DNA of 64,000 nt from Candidatus Falkowbacteria bacterium (GTDB lineage Bacteria; Patescibacteriota; Patescibacteriia; CAIXNZ01). A program made the position numbers and the translations under genes. The notes below the pieces were generated by a model that had not been told where the DNA came from, searched no databases, and saw only the letters and a list, made by a program, of their open reading frames with translations. Below, piece after piece: positions 49,422 to 59,294 of this stretch; positions within the stretch are counted from its first letter, which is position 1; each line of letters opens with the position of its first letter. Location of the stretch: positions 64,771 through 128,770 of the forward strand of contig CAVZGV010000003.1 in the NCBI GenBank assembly GCA_963774955.1. The letters run 5' to 3'.

Positions 49422-50444
49422 ATGAATAATTTCACTTGGCCGGTGGTCGGCCATCAGAAAATTCAGCAGTTTTTGCAAAAAAGCTTGGCCAATAATAAGC
49501 TGGGGCACGCTTATTTATTTTCCGGTCCGGTCCATCTGGGTAAGAGTCTGATCGCGGAAAATTTCATGGCTTCAATTTTGTGCGCTGATTACCATCAGCA
49601 GAATAAAAAAGAAGGCCAGAAATTACCTTGCGGGGAATGTGTGTTTTGCCAGCAGTTTAATAAAGGTATTCACCCCGACGTTTATTTTTTAAAAAAAGAA
49701 GAGGCTAAGAAAAATATCAGTGTGGAGCAGGTCAGGGAAATGCAGAAGTTTTTAAGTCTGACTTCATTCCTTAATTCTTATAAAATTGCGCTAGTAGTTA
49801 ATGCGCAGGATTTAAGCGAGAGCGCCCAGAATGCTTTACTCAAGGTTTTGGAAGAGCCTGCACCCAAAACGATTTTGATTTTAGTAGTTAGTGACTATAA
49901 TTTACTGCTGAAAACAATTGTTTCCCGTTGCCAGTTGATAAAATTTAGTTTGCTATCCGAAGAAGAAATTTTTCATCATCTCGTAGGTTTAGGTTCTAGT
50001 AGGGAACAGACAAAAATTTTAACCGCCTTGGCTTGCGGCCAAATTGGGTTGGCTATTGATTATCTGCGAAATCCTGAGCTGTTTAACGGCTATTTGGAAA
50101 AAATGGGTCGGATTTTGGGGATGTTTGACCAAAACTTGGCCACGAAATTTAAGAATATAGAAAGCATTTTTTCAGGCTCAAAAAACAATATGGAATCCGT
50201 AGAGGTCTTGGCTGAGGAATTAAATTATTGGCAATTAATTTTACGCGATATGCTTGTTACTAAAAATAGCGCGGATAATGTTTTATTTAATCTGTATTTC
50301 CGCGACCAAATTAAAAAGGTTGCAGAAAATTACTCGACCAAAAAGTTACTGGGACTGTTACAAACAGTAAAAAAGATAAAAATTTATTTAAATTATAATA
50401 TTAATCCGCGCTTAGCCGTGGAAAATTTACTTATAAATTTGTAA
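49422..50444 (+). CDS. holB: DNA polymerase III subunit delta'
   Basis: GHAYLFSGPVHLGKS, zinc module CGECVFCQQF. Confidence 0.8.
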   Translation: MNNFTWPVVGHQKIQQFLQKSLANNKLGHAYLFSGPVHLGKSLIAENFMASILCADYHQQNKKEGQKLPCGECVFCQQFNKGIHPDVYFLKKEEAKKNISVEQVREMQKFLSLTSFLNSYKIALVVNAQDLSESAQNALLKVLEEPAPKTILILVVSDYNLLLKTIVSRCQLIKFSLLSEEEIFHHLVGLGSSREQTKILTALACGQIGLAIDYLRNPELFNGYLEKMGRILGMFDQNLATKFKNIESIFSGSKNNMESVEVLAEELNYWQLILRDMLVTKNSADNVLFNLYFRDQIKKVAENYSTKKLLGLLQTVKKIKIYLNYNINPRLAVENLLINL

Positions 50445-50450
50445 AATCCT

Positions 50451-51560
50451 ATGCAAAACAAAAAATTATTATTATCTTTAGTCTTGGGCCTGTTGCTGCT
50501 AGTCTCAACCGGTTGTATTTCCATTAAAACCGGTGGTCAAACCGGGACAGCCGGAGGCGGTTTTGTCGGCATGTTTAAGTCAAACGACGCTGCGGCCAGC
50601 TGGCGGATGATAAACAATTTAGCCAATGCTCAAGGCAAGCCGCTTTATATCGCTGACGTCAATATCAGTAAAATTATAATGGATCCCAACGATAATCTGG
50701 CTTTGTATCTGGCAACCGATAGGGGCTTATATTATTCTTATGACGGCGGTGAAAGCTGGCAGCAATCTAAATTGCCTGGCAGTGAGACGATTATCAATGA
50801 TGTAGCGGTTGATTATAATAATAAATGCATAATATATGTGGCTACGGGATCATCGATTTATAAATCATATGATTGTTTGCGGGCCTTTGAAAAGGTTTAT
50901 TTTGACACTACTCGTCAGGGCTTGCAGATAACTGATGTTGAAACTGATCATTATGCTGCTAATAAAAATATTGTTTATGCCGCCAATAATAAAGGCGACG
51001 TGCTAAAAAGTGAAGATTACGGTAAAACCTGGCAGTTGAAGCGCAATTTAAATAACAATCCGATTAAAAAGATTCTTATTAATAAAGGCGATTCCAGGAT
51101 AATTTACTTTGCCACTCAAGATATCGGTATTTATAAAACTACGGACGCTGCCAATACCTGGAGTGATGAAAAACCAGAAACAGATATAAATAGGGGCTTG
51201 GATCAATTCGGCGATTCTAAACAATTTCGTTATTTAGTCCAGGATATGACCGAACCGAACACCTTGCTTTTGGCCAGTAAGTTCGGCTTATTAAGGACTA
51301 TTGACGGCGGGATGAAATGGGAAAGCTTGGAATTGGTGACGCCTGATCGTGGCGCCAATATTTACTCCCTGGCCATTGATCCTAAGGACAATAAAGTAAT
51401 TTATTATGGTACTGATACCACGCTATATAAATCAGTAAATAGCGGGGTCAGCTGGGCACCACAAAAGCCGCCTACAATCGGCTGGGTCAATGCTTTATTA
51501 ATTGATCCGCAGGATTCAAAGATTATTTATTTGGGGGGCAAGGCTCTACCCAAAAAATAA
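50451..51560 (+). CDS. lipoprotein with BNR/Ycf48-like beta-propeller repeats
   Basis: lipobox LLLLVSTGC; repeated S/T-x-D-x-G-x-S/T-W motifs. Confidence 0.55.
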   Translation: MQNKKLLLSLVLGLLLLVSTGCISIKTGGQTGTAGGGFVGMFKSNDAAASWRMINNLANAQGKPLYIADVNISKIIMDPNDNLALYLATDRGLYYSYDGGESWQQSKLPGSETIINDVAVDYNNKCIIYVATGSSIYKSYDCLRAFEKVYFDTTRQGLQITDVETDHYAANKNIVYAANNKGDVLKSEDYGKTWQLKRNLNNNPIKKILINKGDSRIIYFATQDIGIYKTTDAANTWSDEKPETDINRGLDQFGDSKQFRYLVQDMTEPNTLLLASKFGLLRTIDGGMKWESLELVTPDRGANIYSLAIDPKDNKVIYYGTDTTLYKSVNSGVSWAPQKPPTIGWVNALLIDPQDSKIIYLGGKALPKK

Positions 51561-51592
51561 CATTTAACACTTAACATTTAACACTTGACTTT

Positions 51593-52156
51593 ATGGCAGA
51601 CACAAATCAATTTATCAGTAAACATAAACCTGAGTTTGACGCTGTTATTGAACATTTTAAAAAAGAAATTGGCAGTTTGCGTACCGGACGGGCTCAGTCA
51701 GCCTTAGTTGATAATTTATTGGTTGAGGCTTATGGCACCAAGCAGGGTTTAAAACAATTAGCAGGAATCAGTATCCAGGATTCAAAGACTATCAGTATCG
51801 AACCTTGGGATAAGAGCATTATGAAGGATATTGAAAAAGCCATAAGCGCTTCAAATTTGGGTTTGTCTGTTATAAATCTCGGAGGAAAGATTCTGGCCAA
51901 AGTATCGATGATGACGGAAGATACTCGTAAGGAATTGCTGAAAATTTTAGGTAAAATGATGGAAACCTGTAAGATAAATATTCGACAAAGCAGAGACAAA
52001 GTCAAAGAAGAAATTTTAAAAGCCGAAAAGGATAAGGATATTACTCAGGATGACCGTTATCAGTATCTGGCGGACCTGGACAATTATGTGACGGAATTGA
52101 ATAAAAAGGTTGAAGCTATTGCCCAGGAAAAGGAAGAGGAAATTATGACCGTGTAA
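51593..52156 (+). CDS. frr: ribosome recycling factor
   Basis: RTGRAQSALVDNLLVEAYG...ISIQDSKTISIEPWDKS. Confidence 0.9.
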   Translation: MADTNQFISKHKPEFDAVIEHFKKEIGSLRTGRAQSALVDNLLVEAYGTKQGLKQLAGISIQDSKTISIEPWDKSIMKDIEKAISASNLGLSVINLGGKILAKVSMMTEDTRKELLKILGKMMETCKINIRQSRDKVKEEILKAEKDKDITQDDRYQYLADLDNYVTELNKKVEAIAQEKEEEIMTV

Positions 52157-52239
52157 GAACCACTGATTTTTAACACAGAGCACACAGATTTTGAGGCAGC
52201 TATTTGCAGTAAATAATTTTTTGGGGTAATATTCATAAC

Positions 52240-52410
52240 AGATAATATACAGCCTTGATCAGGGGTTTGGCTCCCTGGGAGCTGTGAATATATGAGGTGT
52301 CCTCCTTCGCTAAAGCTTCGGAGGAAACTTGGGTGGAACCGCCCTAAATAAAAAGGGGTCCCAAGATGGCAAGGTATTGTTGTATTTGCCGTTTCGGGAC
52401 TCTTTTTGTT
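52240..52410 (+). promoter_or_regulatory. probable glycine T-box leader of glyQS (T-box GGGTGGAACCGCC at 52331-52343; terminator 52358-52410)
   Basis: T-box consensus match, preceding hairpin cctccttcgctaaagcttcggagg (52301-52324), downstream hairpin + T-run. Confidence 0.5.
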
Positions 52411-52438
52411 TAAAAAATAATAAATAACTAATAAGTTT

Positions 52439-53932
52439 ATGAAAAAACAAGAATCCTCCTCCGCTAAAGCTACGGTGGATAAGTCAAATTCCTTGGAAAA
52501 GATCGTATCTTTTTGCAAACGTAGGGGATTTATTTATCCGTCATCTGAAATTTATGGGGGCTTGGGCGCTATTTATGATTACGGACATTATGGAGTTTTA
52601 TTAAAAAATAATATCCGTGATGCCTGGTGGCGCCATATGGTGCAGCTGCGCGAAGATGTGTTGGGTTTAGACAGCGCTATTTTTATGCATCCGCAAACCT
52701 GGGTGGCTTCAGGCCATGTGGCTGGTTTTAACGACCCGCAGATTGACTGTAAACAATGTAAAAATCGTTTTCGCGCTGATCATTTATTGGAAGAATATGG
52801 TATCAATATGGATAAAGCGTCCATTGAAGATATTAATAAGGCGCTGGATGAAGTCAGAGCCAGCGGTAAATTAAAATGTCCGGTTTGCGGTTCTAAAGAT
52901 TTAACCGAGGCAAAAGTTTTTTCGCTGATGGTCAAATCCAATTTGGGTTCTCCAACTGAAGCTTTGACTGAAGATAATGTCGTCTATTTAAGACCGGAAA
53001 CCTGCGGCGGCATTTATCTGGAATATAAAAATGTGGTGGATACTTTGCATCCCAAATTGCCTTTTGGCATTGCTCAGGTCGGTAAAGCCTTTAGAAATGA
53101 GATAATAACGCGTCAGTTTATTTTCCGTACTAGAGAATTTGAGCAGATGGAACTGCAGTATTTTTTAAAGTCGGAAATGATGGAAGAAAAATATGAAATG
53201 TGGAAAAATCTGCGCTGGGATTGGTATCTGGAATATGGTATTTCCAAAGATAAGATCCGCTGGTATAAACATGAAAAACTGGCGCATTATGCCAGTCAGG
53301 CTTATGATATTGAATTTGATTTTCAGTCTTTGGGCGGTTTTAAGGAAGTCGAAGGTATTCATGCCCGCGGTGACTGGGATTTATCTCAGCATGCTAAATC
53401 TTCAGGCGCGGATTTGACTTATTTTGACGATGAAACTAAGGAAAAAATAATTCCTCATATTATGGAGACTTCTGTCGGTTTAAATCGTTTATTACTAATG
53501 TTTTTGGATAATGCCTATCATGAAGAAGAAGTTGAACCCTCCTCCGCTGAAGCTTCCTCCTCCGCTAATGCTTCGGAGGACAAGTCGGAGGGCAGGGGTG
53601 AACAGAGAGTGGTTTTGAAAATTGATAAGCGCTTGGCTCCGGTGAAAATTGCTATTTTCCCGCTTTTGAAAAATAAGCCTAACTTAGTGGCTAAAGCCAG
53701 GGAGATTTATATTAATTTGCGCCAGAATTATTTCTGTGAATTTGATGATAACGGCAATATTGGTAAGCGTTACCGCCGTCAGGATGAAATCGGCACTCCG
53801 TATTGTGTTACGGTTGATTTTGAGACTCTGGAAAAGGATGATAGCGTCACTGTCAGAGACAGAGACACTATGAAACAGGAAAGAATAAAAATTGAAGCTC
53901 TGGGTGAATATTTTAGGGAAAAATTAGTTTAG
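52439..53932 (+). CDS. glyQS: glycine--tRNA ligase (alpha2-type GlyQS) with N-terminal extension and an internal Ser/Ala/Glu-rich insertion derived from hairpin repeats
   Basis: FIYPSSEIYGGLGAIYDYGHYG, class II motifs; inserts at 52455-52479 and 53538-53580. Confidence 0.85.
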   Translation: MKKQESSSAKATVDKSNSLEKIVSFCKRRGFIYPSSEIYGGLGAIYDYGHYGVLLKNNIRDAWWRHMVQLREDVLGLDSAIFMHPQTWVASGHVAGFNDPQIDCKQCKNRFRADHLLEEYGINMDKASIEDINKALDEVRASGKLKCPVCGSKDLTEAKVFSLMVKSNLGSPTEALTEDNVVYLRPETCGGIYLEYKNVVDTLHPKLPFGIAQVGKAFRNEIITRQFIFRTREFEQMELQYFLKSEMMEEKYEMWKNLRWDWYLEYGISKDKIRWYKHEKLAHYASQAYDIEFDFQSLGGFKEVEGIHARGDWDLSQHAKSSGADLTYFDDETKEKIIPHIMETSVGLNRLLLMFLDNAYHEEEVEPSSAEASSSANASEDKSEGRGEQRVVLKIDKRLAPVKIAIFPLLKNKPNLVAKAREIYINLRQNYFCEFDDNGNIGKRYRRQDEIGTPYCVTVDFETLEKDDSVTVRDRDTMKQERIKIEALGEYFREKLV

Positions 53933-53943
53933 AATAAGATAAG

Positions 53944-53972
53944 AAAACCCCTCCGCGCTGCGGAGGGGTTTT
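53944..53972. terminator. bidirectional intrinsic terminator aaaa-cccctccgcgctgcggagggg-tttt between glyQS and the aminotransferase
   Basis: read directly. Confidence 0.75.
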
Positions 53973-53979
53973 AAGTTGT

Positions 53980-55197
53980 TTATTTTTGCCGATAGTTTGA
54001 TAAGAAGTCACCCAAACGTGTGATAGCTTCTTTGAGCTCATCGGCATGAGGCAGAAAAACCAGCCGAAAGTGGTCAGGTTGGGCCCAATTAAAGCCTTTG
54101 CCGGTAACAAGCAGTACATGTTTTTCCCTTAAGAAATCGAGTAGGAATTTTTCATCACTGGTGATGTTGAATTTCTGAATGTCGATTTTGGGAAAAAGAT
54201 ACAAGGCGCTTTGAGGCTTAACACAGCTGAGACCGTCAATTTGAGTGATCATGTCGTAAGCCAAGTCACGTTGTACTCGCAGGCGGCCGCCTTCTTTGGT
54301 CAGGTCGTTGATTGATTGATAACCTCCCAATGATGTCTGAATCGCCATCTGACCTGGGACATTGCTGCACAGGCGCATATTGCAAAGCAGGTTGATGCCT
54401 TCGATGTAATCCTTGGCGGCGGCAGTATTGCCTGAAAGCACCATCCAGCCGGCACGGAAGCCGGGCAGGCGGTAAGCTTTGGACAGACCATTGAAAGTCA
54501 CAAAAAGCACATCATCAGCCAGTGAGGCAATGGCAACGCTTTGGACATTGTCATAGCAGATTTTGTCATAGATCTCGTCCGAGTAGATGATCAGATGATG
54601 TTCCTGGGCGAGTTTGACGATCTGCTCTAAAATTTCCCGGGGATAAACCGCCCCGGTAGGATTGTTAAAAGGAATCACGACAATACCTTTGGTCTTGCTC
54701 GTAATTTTCTTTTTCATATCCTCAATGTCCGGTAGCCAGCCCGCCTGTTCATCACAAAGATAATGAACAGGTTTGCCGCCGGCGAATTTTACCGCTGCAG
54801 TCCATAACGGATAGTCAGGTGCAGGTATCAGCATCTCATCGCCCTTATTGAGGAGGGCGTCACAGGCAATGCGGATTAGGCCGGAGACGCCGTCGCCAGT
54901 GAAAATGTTCTCGAGATTCAGGTTGAGAAAACCTTTTAGCTGGCATTCCTGCATGATGGCTTTACGGGCGCTGAAAATACCCTTGGATTCGCTGTAGCCT
55001 TCAGCCTGCCTGAGGTTTTGGATCACATCAGCGATAATTTCATCAGGCGCGTCAAAGCCAAAGGGCTTGGTATTGCCGATATTGAGCTTGATGACTTTTA
55101 CGCCCTGATCTTCGAGGCGTTTGGCCTCGTCGTGCAAAGGTCCGCGGATGTCATAAAGTACACCGTCAAATTTGCGAGCTTTTTGATATGAAGACAT
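53980..55197 (-). CDS. PLP-dependent aminotransferase, class I (AlaA-like)
   Basis: 405 aa; SKAYRLPGFRAGW lysine region. Confidence 0.75.
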   Translation of the reverse strand: MSSYQKARKFDGVLYDIRGPLHDEAKRLEDQGVKVIKLNIGNTKPFGFDAPDEIIADVIQNLRQAEGYSESKGIFSARKAIMQECQLKGFLNLNLENIFTGDGVSGLIRIACDALLNKGDEMLIPAPDYPLWTAAVKFAGGKPVHYLCDEQAGWLPDIEDMKKKITSKTKGIVVIPFNNPTGAVYPREILEQIVKLAQEHHLIIYSDEIYDKICYDNVQSVAIASLADDVLFVTFNGLSKAYRLPGFRAGWMVLSGNTAAAKDYIEGINLLCNMRLCSNVPGQMAIQTSLGGYQSINDLTKEGGRLRVQRDLAYDMITQIDGLSCVKPQSALYLFPKIDIQKFNITSDEKFLLDFLREKHVLLVTGKGFNWAQPDHFRLVFLPHADELKEAITRLGDFLSNYRQK

Positions 55198-55338
55198 TAT
55201 GGTTCCTCCTTGTTTATGAATGAACTATTTACCTAATTTAACAGAAAATATAGAAGTTGTCAACTATTTGTAATAGTTGGGTAAACTATGATAAAATATG
55301 AGTAGTTGGATCACTAATTTTTATTAACTTATAGTACT

Positions 55339-55536
55339 ATGTGCGTAAAAATTGTAGAATTAATTGGCTGTTCAAGTAAAAGCTTTGAAGATGCTATTAG
55401 CGACGGTGTAAAACGCGCCGGCAAGACTATCCGGGGCATAACCGGAGTCGATGTTATTGGACAGACAGCTAGAGTCGAGGATAATAAAATTGTTGAGTAC
55501 CATGTTAATATGAAAGTCGCCTTCAAGGTGGAATAA
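55339..55536 (+). CDS. dodecin-family protein
   Basis: 65 aa, VELIGCSSKSFEDAISDGVKRAGKTIRGITGVDVIGQTARV. Confidence 0.65.
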   Translation: MCVKIVELIGCSSKSFEDAISDGVKRAGKTIRGITGVDVIGQTARVEDNKIVEYHVNMKVAFKVE

Positions 55537-55581
55537 TTAATAAGAGCTAATGGCCAATAGCCAATGGCGTAAAGTTTCTTT

Positions 55582-56859
55582 ATGTTTCAAAAAATTGTTT
55601 TAAAAAACGGATTGCCGGTTATTCTGGCGCCAAAAAAAGAGAGTAAATCAGTGGCTGTTTTTTTAATTTATAGGGTCGGGTCCCGTTATGAAAAATCTGA
55701 TAAAATTTTTGGTATTTCCCATTTCGTGGAACATTTGATGTTTAAGGGCACAAAAAAGAGGCCGTCTACCCTGGAGATTTCCAAAGAACTTGATAGCATT
55801 GGCGCTGATTATAATGCCTATACTGCCAAAGATCATACGGCCTATCATATAAAGGTAAATGCGGAAAATTTTGGTTTAGCCTGTGATATTTTGTCTGATA
55901 TGCTGTATGATTCAGTCTTTGATAAGGCTAAGCTGGAACACGAAAAAGGGGTGATTCTTGAGGAAATTAAAATGTATGAAGATCAGCCGATTCAATACGC
56001 GGAAATGTTATTTGAGGAACAAATTTTTAGCGGCACGGATCTGGAGCATAATATCGCCGGCACCAGAGCTTCTGTCCAAGGTATCAGCAGACACGATATA
56101 ATTGAATATCTGGAGAACTTTTATTCTCCGCAAAATGCGATTTTGGTTGTGGCCGGTAAGATTGATAAAAATATTAACAAGACTCTGGATAAATATTTTG
56201 TTCGACCAGGTTTCGGTAAGAATTTTAAAGCCAAGGCTGAATTTAAGAAGTTGGTGGTTAAGCAGAAAACGGCCAAGGTAATATTGAATTATAAAAAAAC
56301 AAATCAGGCTCATATTGCCTTGGGTTTTCCAGCTTATTCATATTTTGATCCCAAAGTTTATGCTTTTTATCTTTTGGCCACTATCTTGGGCGGTAATATG
56401 AGCTCTCGTTTATTTATAGATGTCAGGGAAAAACAAGGTTTATGTTATTATATCCGCGCTCAGGCCGATGTCTATGAGGATACCGGAGATTTATTGATTC
56501 GGGCCGGGCTAGACGTTAACAAAGTGGAAAAAGGCCTGAGAATTATTGCTAAAGATTTAAAAGACATAAAAGCAAAGGGGATTACCAATGAAGAGTTATT
56601 AAAGGCCAAGAAGTTTTTAAAAGGTAGGCTGACTTTACAATTAGAAGAGCTCAATGACTTGGCGGAATTTTACGGCCGGGAATTTTTACTCGCTGATCAG
56701 TTGCTAACTCCGGAACAGAAAATCAATAAGATTTTAAAAGTTACCAGACAGGAAGTTAATCAGGTGGCTAAGGAAATATTGAATAAGCAGAAACTGAATT
56801 TTGCCATGGTCAGTCCGTTTAAGGATAAAAATAAATATTTAAAGATTTTAAAGATATGA
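55582..56859 (+). CDS. M16-family zinc peptidase
   Basis: inverted zinc motif HFVEHLMFKGT (HxxEH). Confidence 0.8.
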   Translation: MFQKIVLKNGLPVILAPKKESKSVAVFLIYRVGSRYEKSDKIFGISHFVEHLMFKGTKKRPSTLEISKELDSIGADYNAYTAKDHTAYHIKVNAENFGLACDILSDMLYDSVFDKAKLEHEKGVILEEIKMYEDQPIQYAEMLFEEQIFSGTDLEHNIAGTRASVQGISRHDIIEYLENFYSPQNAILVVAGKIDKNINKTLDKYFVRPGFGKNFKAKAEFKKLVVKQKTAKVILNYKKTNQAHIALGFPAYSYFDPKVYAFYLLATILGGNMSSRLFIDVREKQGLCYYIRAQADVYEDTGDLLIRAGLDVNKVEKGLRIIAKDLKDIKAKGITNEELLKAKKFLKGRLTLQLEELNDLAEFYGREFLLADQLLTPEQKINKILKVTRQEVNQVAKEILNKQKLNFAMVSPFKDKNKYLKILKI

Positions 56860-57581
56860 AAATCCTTATTGCCAATTGGAAAATGAATCTTTCTGTTAAT
56901 GAAAGTATCAGGTATGTAAAAGCCTTGAAAAAAAGTAAAGCCGAAGTGGTTATCGCGGCCCCTTTTACTTTTTTGGCTGATTTGAAAAAGAATATCGGTA
57001 ATAAAAAAATAAAATTAGCTGCGCAGGATGTTTCCCAATTTGAAGTCGGCGCTTATACGGGGGAAGTTTCAGCTAAGATGCTCAAGGAAGCCGGCTGTTC
57101 ATATTGTCTGGTCGGCCATTCAGAACGTCGTATCTATTTTCAAGAAACCGATGCCCAAGTTAATCAGAAAATAAAAAATTTGCTACAGTATAAAATTACC
57201 CCCATAATTTGTATCGGTGAAAATGCCGAGCAAAAGCAAAAAGGCCTGACTAAGCAGGTCATTAAAAAACAACTTTTAGCGGCGTTAGCCGGGATTAAAA
57301 ATACGTCCTTGATAATTGCTTATGAGCCGATTTGGGCTATTTCCACCTTTCAAAAAGGAAAAGTTATAAAAAGCGCCGGAATTTTTGATATTATTGCGGT
57401 TCATAATTATATTAGGAGTTTATTACCGGGAAAATCCCGTCAAATCAGGATTATTTATGGGGGGACTGTTAAACCTGAAAATAGCCAGGCAATTTTCAGC
57501 CTCAAAGAAGTTGAAGGTGCCTTGGTAGGCGGAGCCAGCTTGAAAGTTTCCAGCTTTAATGATATAATCCATATTACTTAA
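56856..57581 (+). CDS. tpiA: triose-phosphate isomerase
   Basis: ANWKMN, GHSERR, catalytic-loop context. Confidence 0.85.
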   Translation: MKILIANWKMNLSVNESIRYVKALKKSKAEVVIAAPFTFLADLKKNIGNKKIKLAAQDVSQFEVGAYTGEVSAKMLKEAGCSYCLVGHSERRIYFQETDAQVNQKIKNLLQYKITPIICIGENAEQKQKGLTKQVIKKQLLAALAGIKNTSLIIAYEPIWAISTFQKGKVIKSAGIFDIIAVHNYIRSLLPGKSRQIRIIYGGTVKPENSQAIFSLKEVEGALVGGASLKVSSFNDIIHIT

Positions 57582-57583
57582 TT

Positions 57584-58375
57584 ATGTATAATATATTACC
57601 TTTGATCATAATTTTGATTTGCCTGGCTGTCATTTTGGCCATTGTTTTTAAGAAACTGCCTCTTTTGGCTGTTTTTGATGTTAATGCTTTGCCTGAAGAA
57701 AAAGAAGCGGAAACAAAAAATAAAATTATGGAAGAAAGGCTGAATAGAAGATTGAAGTTGTTAGGCGAAAAAATTAAGCCTTTTTGGCGGCTTTTTACTA
57801 ATTTTTTCCAGCGTAAATTAAAAGCCTCAAAAGAAAGAATATCCAAATTGGAAGAAAAATATCAGGCTAAAGCTAAGCCGGAATCATTGATAACCAAGAA
57901 AGAGTTTGAAACTAATGAGAAGAAGATAGCTAGATTGCTTCAGGATGCTGAGAATTTGGCTAAAGCAGAGGATTATACTTCTGCTGAAAATAAGTACATT
58001 GAAATTTTAGGTTTGGAGGCAAAAAATATCGACGCTTATCGCGGTTTAGGCGACCTCTATCTTTTACAAAAACAATTTCAGAACGCAATTCAAACATTTA
58101 AGCATATTATTAAACTGGACAAAAACGACAGCCTGGCATATTTTGAATTGGCTGAAGTTTTCATGAGGCTGGAAGATTATGATAATGCTTTAAATAATTT
58201 GAATAAAGCCTTGGAAATTGAGCCTGTAAACCCGAAATACCTTGACCTTTTGCTCACAATTAGTATAATTATAAAAAACAAGGAAATGGCCAAAGAGGGC
58301 TTAACCAGGTTAAAGGCAATAAACCCCGAAAATGCCAAAATTGAGGAATTTGAGGCAAAGATTCGTGAAATCTAG
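57584..58375 (+). CDS. membrane-anchored TPR-repeat protein
   Basis: N-terminal TM, coiled coil, TPR-like helices. Confidence 0.5.
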   Translation: MYNILPLIIILICLAVILAIVFKKLPLLAVFDVNALPEEKEAETKNKIMEERLNRRLKLLGEKIKPFWRLFTNFFQRKLKASKERISKLEEKYQAKAKPESLITKKEFETNEKKIARLLQDAENLAKAEDYTSAENKYIEILGLEAKNIDAYRGLGDLYLLQKQFQNAIQTFKHIIKLDKNDSLAYFELAEVFMRLEDYDNALNNLNKALEIEPVNPKYLDLLLTISIIIKNKEMAKEGLTRLKAINPENAKIEEFEAKIREI

Positions 58376-58472
58376 GGATATTAAATATTTGAAGTTAAAT
58401 CGATTAAGACGATTTTTTTATTTAAGGAGAAAAATGGCCTAGGGCTTTGGCTTTAAGCCATTAAATGAAGTT

Positions 58473-58633
58473 CACGGACGGTCTACCAACTTCGCTTCCA
58501 GAAGTTACACGGATGGTCCTTGAATACTGGCCGTTGTATCCTTCGACTCGCTTCGCTCGCTCAGGACTTCGGCTCTTACGATATTAAAGAGATTATGGAC
58601 GGTCTACCAACTTCGCTCTCAGAAGTTACGGTC
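58473..58633. repeat. about 33-nt direct repeat x2 (ggacggtctaccaacttcgctYYcagaagttac at 58476-58510 and 58597-58631) plus R6 word ccttcgactcgcttcgctcgctcagg (58550-58575; second copy 58888-58913) and a duplicate of the tRNA-Thr 5' end gccgttgta (58534-58542)
   Basis: read directly; direct repeats resemble degenerate tRNA D-arm sequence on the opposite strand. Confidence 0.55.
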
Positions 58634-58647
58634 AGTCCGTAATATAC

Positions 58648-58720
58648 GCCGTTGTAGCTCAGTTGGTAGAGCAACTCCATGGTAAGGAGTAGGTCCGCGG
58701 TTCAAATCCGCGCAACGGCT
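58648..58720 (+). tRNA. tRNA-Thr (anticodon GGT)
   Basis: acceptor gccgttg/caacggc, anticodon loop atGGTaa, T-loop ttcaaat. Confidence 0.85.
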
Positions 58721-58801
58721 CACGGATATGTAATTAGAAATTCTGAATTAAATATGGACAATAATTTTGCTTTTTAATTTTTGATTTTTTATTTTAAAAA
58801 T

Positions 58802-58884
58802 GGGTCGGTACCAAAGCGGTCAAATGGGGCAGACTGTAAATCTGCTGGCTTACGCCTTCGGAGGTTCGATCCCTCCCCGGCCCA
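58802..58884 (+). tRNA. tRNA-Tyr (anticodon GTA), long variable arm
   Basis: acceptor gggtcgg/ccggccc, anticodon loop ctGTAaa, T-loop ttcgatc. Confidence 0.85.
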
Positions 58885-58965
58885 CCCTTCGACTCGCCTT
58901 GCTCGCTCAGGGCAGGCCTTGAAGTAGTCTTTAAAAGGCTTTTTGTTCTTTCGATATTTGTAAAT

Positions 58966-59038
58966 GCCGGAATAGCTCAGTTGGTAGAGCAGCTGTTTTG
59001 TAAACAGCAGGTCGTGGGTTCGAGCCCCTCTTCCGGCT
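58966..59038 (+). tRNA. tRNA-Thr (anticodon TGT)
   Basis: acceptor gccggaa/ttccggc, anticodon stem gctgt/acagc, loop ttTGTaa. Confidence 0.8.
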
Positions 59039-59071
59039 CAGATAATTAATAACTAATAACGATAAAATAGT

Positions 59072-59227
59072 ATGTCTCAAGACAATCTAATCAAACTGGA
59101 ATGTACTGTCTGTAAAAAGACCAATTATTATTCTCAAAAGAATAAAAAAATCATTAAGGAAAGATTACAGCTAAAAAAGTATTGCCGTCATTGCAAAAAA
59201 CATAGTTTGCATAAAGAAACTAAGTAG
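59072..59227 (+). CDS. rpmG: 50S ribosomal protein L33 (51 aa; below ORF-track cutoff)
   Basis: [26 protein letters not shown]...[14 protein letters not shown] with two CxxC pairs; terminator about 59236-59262. Confidence 0.8.
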   Translation: MSQDNLIKLECTVCKKTNYYSQKNKKIIKERLQLKKYCRHCKKHSLHKETK

Positions 59228-59294
59228 ATAGTCAGGAAAAGGGCCGCTATAGTAGGGCCTTTTTCTGTTAACAGTCAAAAAAAGGAGGTGGCAG

